Assembly (NCBI RefSeq): GCF_038025025.1
Contig: NW_027117340.1
Location: 434,001 to 498,000, forward strand
Source: Phyllosticta citribraziliensis
Lineage: Eukaryota
DNA: 64,000 nt
Direction of reading: 5' to 3'
The translations under genes and the position numbers were made by a program. Positions 1-12,201 of the stretch are shown piece by piece. The notes beneath the pieces are model-generated. The model was not told the origin of the DNA. It made no database searches and saw nothing but the letters and a program-made list of their open reading frames with translations. The stretch's first letter is position 1, and every line of letters begins with the position of its first letter.

Positions 1-881
1 GACGAAGCTGATTTCGACACTGACCATTGCAGACGCAAGTGCCGCAGACCGCGAGCATTGAGACGCCAGGAGCGCACAGCAACACCCAGCAGCCTTCATT
101 TGGTTGTTTCCCCCGAGCGAGTACACGCAGCAGGCGACCCACCCACCCCAGCATTGCTCTCACGAAGCAACCCACAAAGCCCGCAAGGCGCGGCCACCGT
201 CGTCGCCTCCCTCAGAGAGAGAGACTCGACTGGCCGCGCCGTCCGAGGCCCCGCAAGCCCCTCGCGTGAGCTGAAGAAGTTGCCGATACTCCTCGCCCTG
301 TCCGTGGGCTGCTCCGTCTCGTGAGCCGGAGCGGACTGCTCAGCCGTCCAGACTTAGTGGTCACCGACCCAAGGTGCCCGGCAGTGCAATGGGCAGTTGA
401 GTTTGGCTTTGGCCGCCTCGGCCATCCGACGGAGCCCCTCGTGCGTGCTGGTCATTGGGGTCCATCGGAGGTGAGGTCCACCGCTTGAGGGAGGGGCCTG
501 GCTCCGGTCCGCTCAGCTGCTGTGTTTGCGTGTTGGACACGCTCGACAGAGCTTGACGGATTGAAGGGGGGGAGAAAAGTGCTTGGGCAGAGAGGGTCGT
601 GCAATGGGAGGGATAGGCAAGTGGATTGAATAGAAAAGGCCCAGGAGCAAAGAGATGCATCGAATCTTGTGGAGGGAGGGTTGACAGAAGGAGAGGAAGA
701 GGTTGCGAATGGGCGGCCGACGGGCTTTTATAGTCGGTAAAGCTGCTGTGCGGCGGGCAGAATCACTCCAAAGGAAGGTGCCTTCGTTGCGCGGGCCCTG
801 CTCCATCCTCCTACTCGAGAGTTGCAAGGTGCATTGCACAAGTTTGAAAAGTGTTAAAATACATGTTCATACGACGCACCA

Positions 882-3321
882 CTACGGACCACCACTGAAG
901 CTCCCCCTCTCAATCGCGGATCCCACCACCACATCGCCACTGATGACGCCCGTCGTAGCAACGACCAGCCTCTTTGGCCTGCCATCTTCCTGCAGCGCCT
1001 TCGCCACGAAACGGAGCGCTGCCACTTCCGCCCTCGTGATGCCTCCGAGGAAGAACAACATGACCGTCTTGCCCTCTCCCGAACTGCTGCCATTCAGCAC
1101 CTGTCTTGCTCTGGCAGCCTTCTCTTCCCCTGTTTGCACCTCGTCGACGGTGGAACCCCGGATCTGACTGAGGATGTTGTCGAACGGACGCCAGCCCTGT
1201 GCGTGAGAAGAAACCGCAGGCGGCGCGGCAGGCTGGGCGGTGTTTCCAGTACGCGTGGCGGATGAAGACAGTGTGCTCACGTAGTCCTTTTGGAGAATGC
1301 ACTGCACCAAACGAACGCTGAGGGGTGCGTAGCCTGAGAATACGTAGGCAATGTCGTCTGGCTCTGCCTCGTTGACTTCGTCCACGATCAGCGTCAGGTT
1401 CCGTCGCACCGCCGTGTAGTTGGTGATTTGGTTTGTCTTGACGCCTGAAAGAGCAGCACTGACTCCCAGTCCACTTGTTGTGCGCGGAATGAGCAGTCCT
1501 GCTTTTTCAAGGGACGTCAGCGTCAGCAAATGCTGATGGCCGTAGGCATGGAGAATTGCGCGTCTGAAGTTTTCAAAGTCCCGTGGCCGCAAGCCTTGAC
1601 TGAGTGTGCTCTCGAGGCACAACAAGCGCAGCATAGTTTCGATCCTCACTCCGCGAGCCATGAGCTCCTCAATGTTGTCGTGCTGCGTGTTGGGGTCAGC
1701 GCCAGCGGCGAGATTCTGTTGCACCTCCAAGACCCGGGAGAAGATGTCAGAGCGAGTATGCTTGATGATTTCCTCGGCGAGCGAGGTGTGCAACTTCAGA
1801 GAAGCTTGCTCAGCCTGGAAGCCGGGAAGCTTCGCCACAAAGTCTCGCAGCTCAGACGTCGTCTTCTGTGCAATGTTTCGATTTTCGTACGATGATTGAA
1901 GACGGCGAGCCACTTTGTTCAGAAGAGGTCCGACAGTTGCGAAGTTGGTATCTCTGAGGGTGCTGTACAAGGTATCTGAGGGGTCGAGAGGTATTTTTCG
2001 CTTCAATGGAGCGGCCGAGGACGATGCACCTTGGGAGGACCCAGCAGGCGCAACACCGACGACTGAGGAATCGACCTCGACTTGATTAGAGTGTATGTTG
2101 AACTCCTCATCCAAAAGCCCTTCATACGTCAATTGGGTTAACAAGGCGGATGGAAAGTCGACCTCTCGGTCAATGATGATGAGGCTTTCGAAAGAGTTGC
2201 TGGGAGCTAGGCCAAAGGGAGACTCTGTGCTGGTTCCGGCTCCTGCGACTGCTTCTGTGCGCATGTGAAGGAGTAAATCAGCCATGCGGCGTGCGTTGTC
2301 TCCTTTGCCAAGAATCCGTGGAAAGAGGCCATGTTGTCTTTGTATCTGCATGAGTGCCCTCGCACTGAGAAACGTTGGAGTAGGATCCTTGAACTACCAA
2401 GTGTTAGCGGAGATGGTTGAGTGAACCTTTGGCAAGGTAGCTTCGTACCACGTAGAGGTCCCTGACAGCGTCTTCAAGCTCAAGGGAGAGCAAGTCGTCA
2501 GCGAGAGGTACAAAATTGAGCGGCCATTCGGCGACGTTGACCTCTCCAAGCACGCCAGCCTCTTCCAAGAGCTGGTCTGAAATGAGGGTTCTTCTGGGCA
2601 CCCAAAAAACCGAGAACTCGTGATCTACGAGCCCGTTATGTCGAAGTTTCTTGATTTGCTCTACGAAATTCATGTTAGCATGTATATAGTACTCTTCGTC
2701 CAAGCTCAATGATGAGCGGAGAGTTTGTGGGCTCATGCTGATCCGATAAATGTCGCTCTCGGGACGCGACTGGCCAAGCAGACACGGAAAAGTCCTGTTT
2801 GGCTAATTTGGTCCCATCAAAAACGAGCAGTGAATGACATGAACATTTGCTTTAGGGAAGCGACTGGCCAAGCAGATATTGTTTTTCTGCATAGCCTCTT
2901 TACTTCCCAACGACTTGCTGGAGAAAAATGACGGCAAGATCATACCAGAAACAAAAGACTGATGGATGAGAGTAGACAGAACGTACCGGCGATGGCTACG
3001 GCGGTCTTTGCCTTCTCCCCACGGGCAATGAAGACGACATTTCTTTGGGACGAGTCGACATTGCCATTTTCGAGAAAGAAGGGCTTGTCGACGCCGTACT
3101 CTTGGAGCGTCGAGAACTTGAGGAGTAAATTCAAAGGGCCCGACAGCGCCTTTTCGAAGACAATGTTCTTCTTACCCCGGATCTGGCATCAGTTAGCTTG
3201 AAGCCCAAGCGGCGATTGGATAGTCGATGGGATCCTTACGTACGCCTTCTAGCAGCAACAACAGGCTCCTTCGAGCGGCGTCTGAGATGTCCGAGGCATT
3301 GAGGGTGGCCTGGGGCGCCAT
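882..3321 (-). CDS. VPS33: Sec1/Munc18-family vacuolar sorting protein Vps33 (multi-exon)
   Basis: ATG at 3321 (MAPQATLNASDISDAARRSLLLLLEG). ORFs 2940-3134, 2404-2736 and 882-2351 join through GT-AG introns. Motifs FWVPRRTL, DDLLSLEL, LIIIDREVDF..LLTQLTYEGL, DIAYVFSGYAPLSVRLVQ and FFLGGITRAEVAALRF. Confidence 0.93.
2748..2912 (-). ncRNA. Probable intronic box H/ACA snoRNA in a VPS33 intron
   Basis: On the minus strand: hairpin GGGAAG...CUUCCC with an internal pocket, then H box AAAGCA (2848-2853), then hairpin GGGAC...GUCCC with a pocket, then ACAUUU (2748-2753). It lies in a ~325-nt intron (2662-2986). Confidence 0.62.
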
Positions 3322-3577
3322 GATATAGCTTCGGCGCACTACAACAACATGCCTTGTGTTGGACGATCAGTGTCGGGAGACCAACCGACGTTGATGCAGG
3401 TGGTGGGAGCTTTGGCCCAGCTGGATGTCCCCGAGGAATAGCCGTTCATTTTGGTCGGCAGCGGGGCGGCTGCTTCGGTCAGGTCTGCTCTTCTCGGATG
3501 ACTCTTGGGATTTATCCAACAATCTCGAACCGGCTTGTCTCGAATCCCTCCCTCCGCCCTTCCTCCGCCTACCGTGT

Positions 3578-5323
3578 ATGAACGTCCTGCCTCGTGCGCT
3601 CGCTAGACGTGCCAGGTACATACCAATTGCGACGCGGACCGCAATCGTATCCAACCGCCCCGCACGCCGAACTTTTACTGAAGACCTTCCCTCGAAGCGC
3701 ACACAATCCGAAAGCATGGCCAAGGACAAGGAGAGCAAGAGCAACATTACTCTCAAGGTGCCCAAGGGTACAAAGGATTGGGAGGGCAAGGACATGGTCA
3801 TTCGCGAGAAGATCTTCAACAGCATCACAAACGTCTTCAAGCGCCACGGCGCCGTCACGATTGACACGCCCGTATTCGAGCTCAAGGAGATTCTTTCGGG
3901 CAAGTATGGCGAGGATAGCAAGCTCATCTACGACCTTGCAGACCAAGGTGGTGAGCTTTGCGCCTTGCGCTACGACCTTACGGTTCCTTTTGCGCGCTGG
4001 CTTGCCATGAACCCCACCGTCTCGCAAATTAAGCGCTACCACATCGCCAAAGTCTACCGCCGCGATGCGCCTGCCATGACCAAGGGACGCATGCGTGAAT
4101 TCTACCAGTGCGACTTCGACATTGCCGGCCAGTGGGATCCTATGCTGCCGGACGCCGAGATTCTGCGCATTGTGACTGAAGTTTTTGAGGAGCTGGGCTG
4201 GAAGGGCAGGTACACAATCAAGCTGAACCACAGGAAGATTTTGGACGGCATCTTTGAAGTGTGTGGCGTGCCACAGGACAAAATCCGGACAATCAGCAGC
4301 GCAGTGGACAAGCTGGACAAGGTAGGACGGCCTCCAAAGTGCATCTTGTGGATTCAGTTGCTGATTTAGCTCTAGTCTCCGTGGGAAGAAGTGCGCCGCG
4401 AAATGACAGAGGACAAGGGACTGGACCCGGCTGTCGCCGACAAGATTGGCGAGTTCGTGCGCCTCAAGGGCGGCGAGGACCTCCTCACGAAGCTCCTGGC
4501 GAACGAGACCCTCACAGCCAACCCTTCGGCCCAAAAGGGTCTCGAGGACATGCGCCTCCTCTTCTCCTACCTCTCGGTATTCAACGTCATGGACAAGATT
4601 TCCTTCGACATGTCACTCGCACGCGGTCTCGACTACTACACGGGCGTCATCTACGAGATCGTGACAGAGGGCTCAGCACCACCAGCAAACGCAGCAGACG
4701 GACCCGCGCCAGACAAAAAGGACAAGAAGAAGAAGAAGGCGGCCAACGGCGAAGACGACGACCGGTCCGACGATCCGTCGGTAGGCGTGGGTTCGATTGC
4801 GGCAGGCGGCCGCTACGACGAGCTGGTGGGCATGTTCAGCGGCAAGGGCCAGGTGCCGTGCGTCGGCGTGTCGTTTGGCGTGGAGCGCATCTTCTCGCTG
4901 ACCAAGAAGCGCATGGCCGAGGACGCGGCGGCCAAGGAGGTGCGGCTGACGGAGACGGACGTCTTCGTCATGGCCTTTGGCGGCAAAGGCTTCACGGGCC
5001 TGCTCCCCGAGCGCATGGACATTGCGAAGACGCTGTGGGACGCTGGCATCAAGGCCGAGTTTACCTGGAAGGCCAAGCCCAAACTCCCCGCCCAGTTCAA
5101 GCAGGCCGAGACCAACGGCGTTCCGTTCGTCGTCATTCTCGGCGAGGACGAGCTCAAGGCCGGCAAGGTCAAGATCAAGCAGATGGGCTTGCCCGAGGGC
5201 CACCCTGAGAAGGAGGGCGTCATGGTCGAGAAGGCTGACCTTGTTGCCGAGGTGAGGAAGAGGCTGGATGCTTTTAATGGTGCTGAGCAGGCCGCTGAGC
5301 AGGTGGCCAAGCTGAGCGTCTAG
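3578..5323 (+). CDS. HTS1: Histidyl-tRNA synthetase (probably cytosolic and mitochondrial forms); one intron ~4322-4375
   Basis: [84 protein letters not shown], and a C-terminal anticodon-binding domain. Confidence 0.96.
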
Positions 5324-6369
5324 ACATGACGAAGATGACGGACGGAAAAGGCGCCAGATTTCTGTAGACGGGGTATTGTTGCACTTGAGCGAGACTGCGT
5401 GAGCGCAGCAAAAGCATGTAGGGGAAATGAATAAACGAATTCAACTCATCAAATCAAGGGGGCTGTGTAGCTCCGTGTACATGTCTGCTTCAGCAACATT
5501 GTACTGAAGCCATCTCCTGGACTCGTCTCACTTCCCCGTCATAGCACACGGGCAGACTTTGGACACCAGAATCCCAATCATCGATTGTCTATTGAACCGA
5601 AAGAACCCACCCGCCAGCTTCCACCCAGCTGACCCACCCTCTCAAACCCTCCAGCCACTGGTATGTAAGTACTCCGAAAAGGAAAGCCGAGAGATCCGAA
5701 ACACCACTGCCACCGCCGCCGTCTATTACCCAAGTCGACACCAACCAGCCGCTGCTCGTCTTCGCAGTCAAGTCATTCCGTCGTTGAACCACAAGCGGGT
5801 ACGTAATCGAAAGCAGTAATGCGGTGTTGAGACCGCAGTGGTGTGCAGTGCAACAGAACAAACACAAGTTGAGCAGAAAACGAACCATGAACCTCGTCAT
5901 ATGACGGTTTTGCTGGAGTCTCGGTTGAGGGACACTCATCGCAAAATCTCGACTCGACTGCCGTTGGATGATTTGAGCTAGTCTCTTCTTTTCCCATTGT
6001 TTTACCCCGTGTTTTGCTCTCATTTCTCCGGCTCCCCGGTTCCTTTCTTTTCCAAAATTTTCGTATTAATTGAAGTATCCTGATTTTTGGTTTATCCTAA
6101 AGTGTCGTTTTTTTAGGATGGTCCGCCGTGATGTCGTTAGGGTTTGCTAATTACAATAATGGGTGATGTTGGTGATGCGTATGCGTGTGTGGCTGAATGA
6201 ACAGATTTGCGTATGTCGTCAACACTAAGCCTCGTGATGAGCGTTCTTGTCCTTGGCGCGAGTCGTCGATCTTCCTCGGCAGTTCTCTTTTCGAAACGGT
6301 GACTTGGCCTTGGTGTTGGGGCGCCTCTGCCTTCGTGTCTGCGCATCAAGCGGGGTTGAACGAATTGCT

Positions 6370-8138
6370 TCAGTCACTTTTCCTGCCGCCGTTGCCATTG
6401 GCCATAGACCTCGTGACGCGGCGTTCTGGCTCGACACTGTTGAGCGACGTCTTCTCGCTCTCCGCTGGGCTATCGCGCCCCCGCGGGATCGTCAGGCAGT
6501 TGATGCCTAGATACGCGCAGATGCTGTTAATCACCAAAACGGCCCACTTCGCATAGACAATTGCTGCAAAAACAAAGTAGGCCCGCAGGTACCACAACTC
6601 GAAGCTTTCCGTAACTTTCCAGCCGAGACCGAGGAATGGGAGATTGACGATGATGGCGCCCACAATCATGGGAACCAGCATGACGGTCCAGTACGGAAAA
6701 GGTTGGCGCGTAAGATGTGCCAGGATGATTTTCGTCGTCATGCGTCCGAAAACAAGGCTCATGATCAAGCACCAGAGAACAAGGTGCCCGCCAGTCTTTT
6801 GCTTCGAGTCCCAATCTTCAAGAATGAACGAATAAGGGCTACCAAGCCAAGCGCACGTCGTAGCGGTGAAAATGACAATCGGAGTCCATTCGTAGAAGAC
6901 AGGGGCCACTGGGAGACCGTGGGCGCGCCGAGCCTTGACGACATTGACAACGCAAGCCGGAAGATGCGCAACGAAGAAGGAGCCGAGCAGGATTGGAATC
7001 CAAAATTCCCGGAATGTCGTCAGGGGCGAGATGTAGTTCTCCAAGGAGGGAAAGTAGCGGATGAGGGAGGATGACCAAATTTCAGGACCGTACTGCGCCG
7101 ACATGATCATCATGGAACATGCGATAATCAGACCCTCTGTTCATTATGATCAGCGATTGAAGACACTTCGGGCACCACTGGCGCTCCAGTTCAAACTCAT
7201 GGCTCACCTGTGGGGCCGTTGAAATATCCAAGGTAAAGCGTATGAGTATGGTAAGTTTCCCAAGTCGAGAAGAACATGGGCAAACAGGGAATCAGTGCAG
7301 TAAATGCGCCTGTCTTTGTTGCACCATAGCCCATGGCAGCTGTCTCGAGCAGGCTAGCAAGGGTGCAGTTGAGGGAGTCGATACCATGACTGCCAAGACG
7401 TCAGAACCAGGCAACAATTGTGTTTATACTTTCTTCTTCCTCATAGCGAAAAGTCCGGAGAGACATACTCGAAAAGCTCGCCCAGTCCACTCGAAGTGCC
7501 GGTCCGCCGAGCTTGCTTGCCATCGACGTTGTCCATGGTGGAGTACCTGCGAGGTCGGAATCAGTTTTTGCATGTGACTGGCGGGGCAGATGGTCGCACA
7601 TCCAGAGACCGATCGCAAAGCTATAGTAGACCCATTTGGGTGCCTGTTTCCATGACACCAGTCAGACCAGATTATTTCCCAAGTGTAGCGTGGCGTGATT
7701 GCGCGCAGGGGGATCGTACCGGTCCCACGAGATCAGGGACGTATAGCTCGAGCAGCCCTACGTTGGCCAGGATGAAGAAGAAGCCGAGCAGCGTCACCAT
7801 GTTCGGGGCGAGCCATAACGGCAGTATCTCGACAAAGGCATTCCACTACGTCCGGCAGGCAGCCGTCAACAGGTCTATTCGTCGAACGAGGGCGGGTAGG
7901 CGCATACGTAGTGCTTGAGGATATACCGCGAGATGTAGCTCTTGTCGACACTGGAGTACTTGTACGTCTTCAAATGAGCCAGGGCCTCCTCAGACACGCA
8001 TTCATGGGCGGCCGTATCTGCAGCGGAGAAGGAATCGTCAGCAAGGGATTCGGCGCATGGAAGGAATGGATAGCTACATCGGCTCTGAATGTGGTCAGGA
8101 ACCTGGGCCTCGAGGTCGCCGGACTTACTCTTCCCCAT
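6370..8138 (-). CDS. EPT1: CDP-alcohol phosphatidyltransferase (diacylglycerol ethanolamine/cholinephosphotransferase), multi-exon
   Basis: [28 protein letters not shown], and the CDP-alcohol motif [23 protein letters not shown], followed by TM helices and [22 protein letters not shown]1 cannot be distinguished from CPT1 here. Confidence 0.88.
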
Positions 8139-9018
8139 GCTGATAGGATCCTGGCTGCGGGCGACTGCGGGCAAAGGGAAGGTGGAGCGGAAAAAGAAGA
8201 AGCGGAAGCGCGATCCTTATGGTCTCACGCGGCCATGGACAGTGGCATCAGTGGTGATGCGCGTTGGGTGATCCAAGTTGTTGGCGGCCTCTCGGAGATT
8301 GATGTGGCCGAGGCAAAGGTCGCAGGGGTCTTTCCGCGCGGATTCGCACATGGCTGGTCCCGACCCGACCCTTGGTTTTCTCGTTTGCCCGTCGGGTAGG
8401 TCTGGGGAAACCGAACGAACGACGAACAAACACCTTCGATTCGATTCTCCCTACCGTACATACTGTACTCTGCAGTCGACCTCGCCATTACATCAATCCT
8501 CAGCATCAACCAGGCAGCCCTGCGGCAGCCATCTCTGACTCGTGCGAGCCGAGCCCCACGCTCAGCTTTTTTCGTCCGCTTTTTGCTCCTGGGCCTCGTC
8601 ACCATCCCGGCATCTGTGGCTGATGATTTCATAGGGCAGTCATCCGGTCCTGCTCGGTCCGTCCCCTGGAGATGCACGTATCCTGTTTGGGAAGGTCTGC
8701 GGGAGCAGTACAGCTAGACAGGCACGTCAACTCCCAGCCGCTGTCAAGGACCCTGTCAACCCCGGATCGCCATCACCTTTACAGCAAGGAGCGCAGAATC
8801 ATATGCAAGTGCAGAGCCGTCTTTCATTACTACATGTACTTGGTACAACTGCCATCGTTGCACAGCTTCATTACCCATGTCTCGTTACCGTCGTCATTTC
8901 ATGGACCTTGGAAAGAACCCGGTCAACGCCAAGTCCAGTGCCGTCGTCTCTCGTCCCTGCAGTGGCGCCGAGTGGATTGAACCTTGAACAAACACCCAGA
9001 GATAAGGCCGTGGACGCC

Positions 9019-9383
9019 TCATCGCCCGGTGAAAGGGCTTGTGATGTCGTCCGCAGCGTTTCCAGCCGTTTCTCCAAGAGGATTGTTGAGGCTACCGCCG
9101 GCAAGGTTGCCAACGCCGTTCCTGATGTTCTTGATGTCCTCTTGGTCTGACGCTGGCATCTTGCTGATTTGGTCTGCTGGCTGTCAGCGCGAGCGTCGAG
9201 GCTGGCTGGAATCGCGTGCTTACCCTTGACCAGGTACGAGGCCTTGTTTTCACCCATGGTCTTCAGGGCCTTTTGTTCCAATTCACGGCGAATGGCCGGT
9301 GGAATGCCAAAGAAGTAGATGTAGGCTGAGAGCGCGGCGACGATGCCGGCGATGATGGAGACGACAGTGGTGGTGGTGGGCAT
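9019..9383 (-). CDS. Small hypothetical protein with an N-terminal TM helix, two exons
   Basis: MPTTTTVVSIIAGIVAALSAYIYFFGIPP...KASYLVK, a GTAAGC..CAG intron, then DQISKMPASDQEDIKNIRNGVGNLAGG...SPFTGR-stop. Confidence 0.7.
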
Positions 9384-10289
9384 GTTTGAAGAATTGGTCT
9401 TGGAATCAAGTAGCAGATGGGAACTATTGAACAGTCGAAGAGAGGTCAAGGCAGGAGTTGATCTGCCGAAGACAGGACACAGGTGAGGATATAAAGCTTT
9501 GGAGTTGGGCTATGACGTCTGCTTTCTTGGGATGCCGCGAAGCTGGAACCTGATTTCTGACCCGTCGCCATGTCCTGCCGCTGTTGCACGGCAGACCCAA
9601 CGCGAGTTCCGCTTTCCAGAAAACGCGTGTCATGGCCGGATGGCTGTAGCGTCAAGCTGGGTACTGTAGGGTTCCTATGGACTTTGGTTGTGAATGATGC
9701 ACCCGAGGGAAGAGGAATGGAGGGGCCCACGGAGCAGTAGTCAGGGTCCACCTCAGGTCAGGGGCGCCAGACGTACGATGAAGAGTCCCCGTCCTCAGCC
9801 ACGGGGCGCAAAAGGCACAGAATCATGTCCACGACAGAGCATTGCGGCGGTGGTCTAGAGCGAAAGCAGGGCGTGGTGTAGGTCCGGGGCCAGCGCCTCA
9901 ACTCAGCCAGGAAGCACGGGGGCTGCGATGCGCAGGGCGGAAACGGCAGCCCCGCCTTTGCCAAGCAGATACGAATGGGCGACCCTCGACCTGCACGCGC
10001 TACGCCTCGTCCATTTTCCATATTATTGCTTCGCTGTAGCTCCTTCTTCATTCGCCATCTCCCTTCTTCTCGTCCAGTCGACCGGCCTCAGTCTTCCACT
10101 CAGCTCTTCCTACATAGTGTTCGGGCCACGACCTGGCGTTGTTTCTCCTCCTCCGCAACTGTTTCAACCTCGTCCTCACCTAGACCCCTTCGCTTTACCT
10201 ACATATTGCAGGCCTCCTCAGCCTGACGATAACACGTTACCCATCCTCCAATTCGACGCGCAACCTCAAGCGCAACACATCCTTCCGCA

Positions 10290-11779
<1,490 letters not shown>

Positions 11780-12201
11780 AGGTGACAGCTGGGACAGTGG
11801 ATGAGTGGTATTGTTCCGGGGAATCGTGGCATGTGTAGAATGGCGGGCGGGCTCCCATGAAGTCTTTAAAGGAAGCAACGATACCCTGTAGGATGAACCA
11901 AATCAAAACACGTGAGGCACGAAGACGTACAATACACTCCATATGTGATGATGCCGGCGTAAATAGCGTTTAGCGGAAGAAAAGGGCGGCGATGTTTGGG
12001 GTTTAGGCAGGTCACGTGTAGCTGGACTTAGGGCCCAAACAAGCCAAACCACCTCTCTTGGCACCGAGATCGAACGCGCGATAGAGTTGCTGCGGGAAAC
12101 ACGCTGTCGCGCACCACGCATCCACCGAGGCGCGATACCCAGGCCTTCCAATCGTTTATCCCCAGGCGACGCATCTCGCCGCGACTGCATCAACAGACAC
12201 C

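Noticed and set aside
1..880. Short ORFs at the window start
   Set aside because: No recognisable coding signal. The region is probably the promoter/5' UTR of a minus-strand gene beginning near position 27 (TATAAAAG-like at ~725-732), which cannot be supported further.
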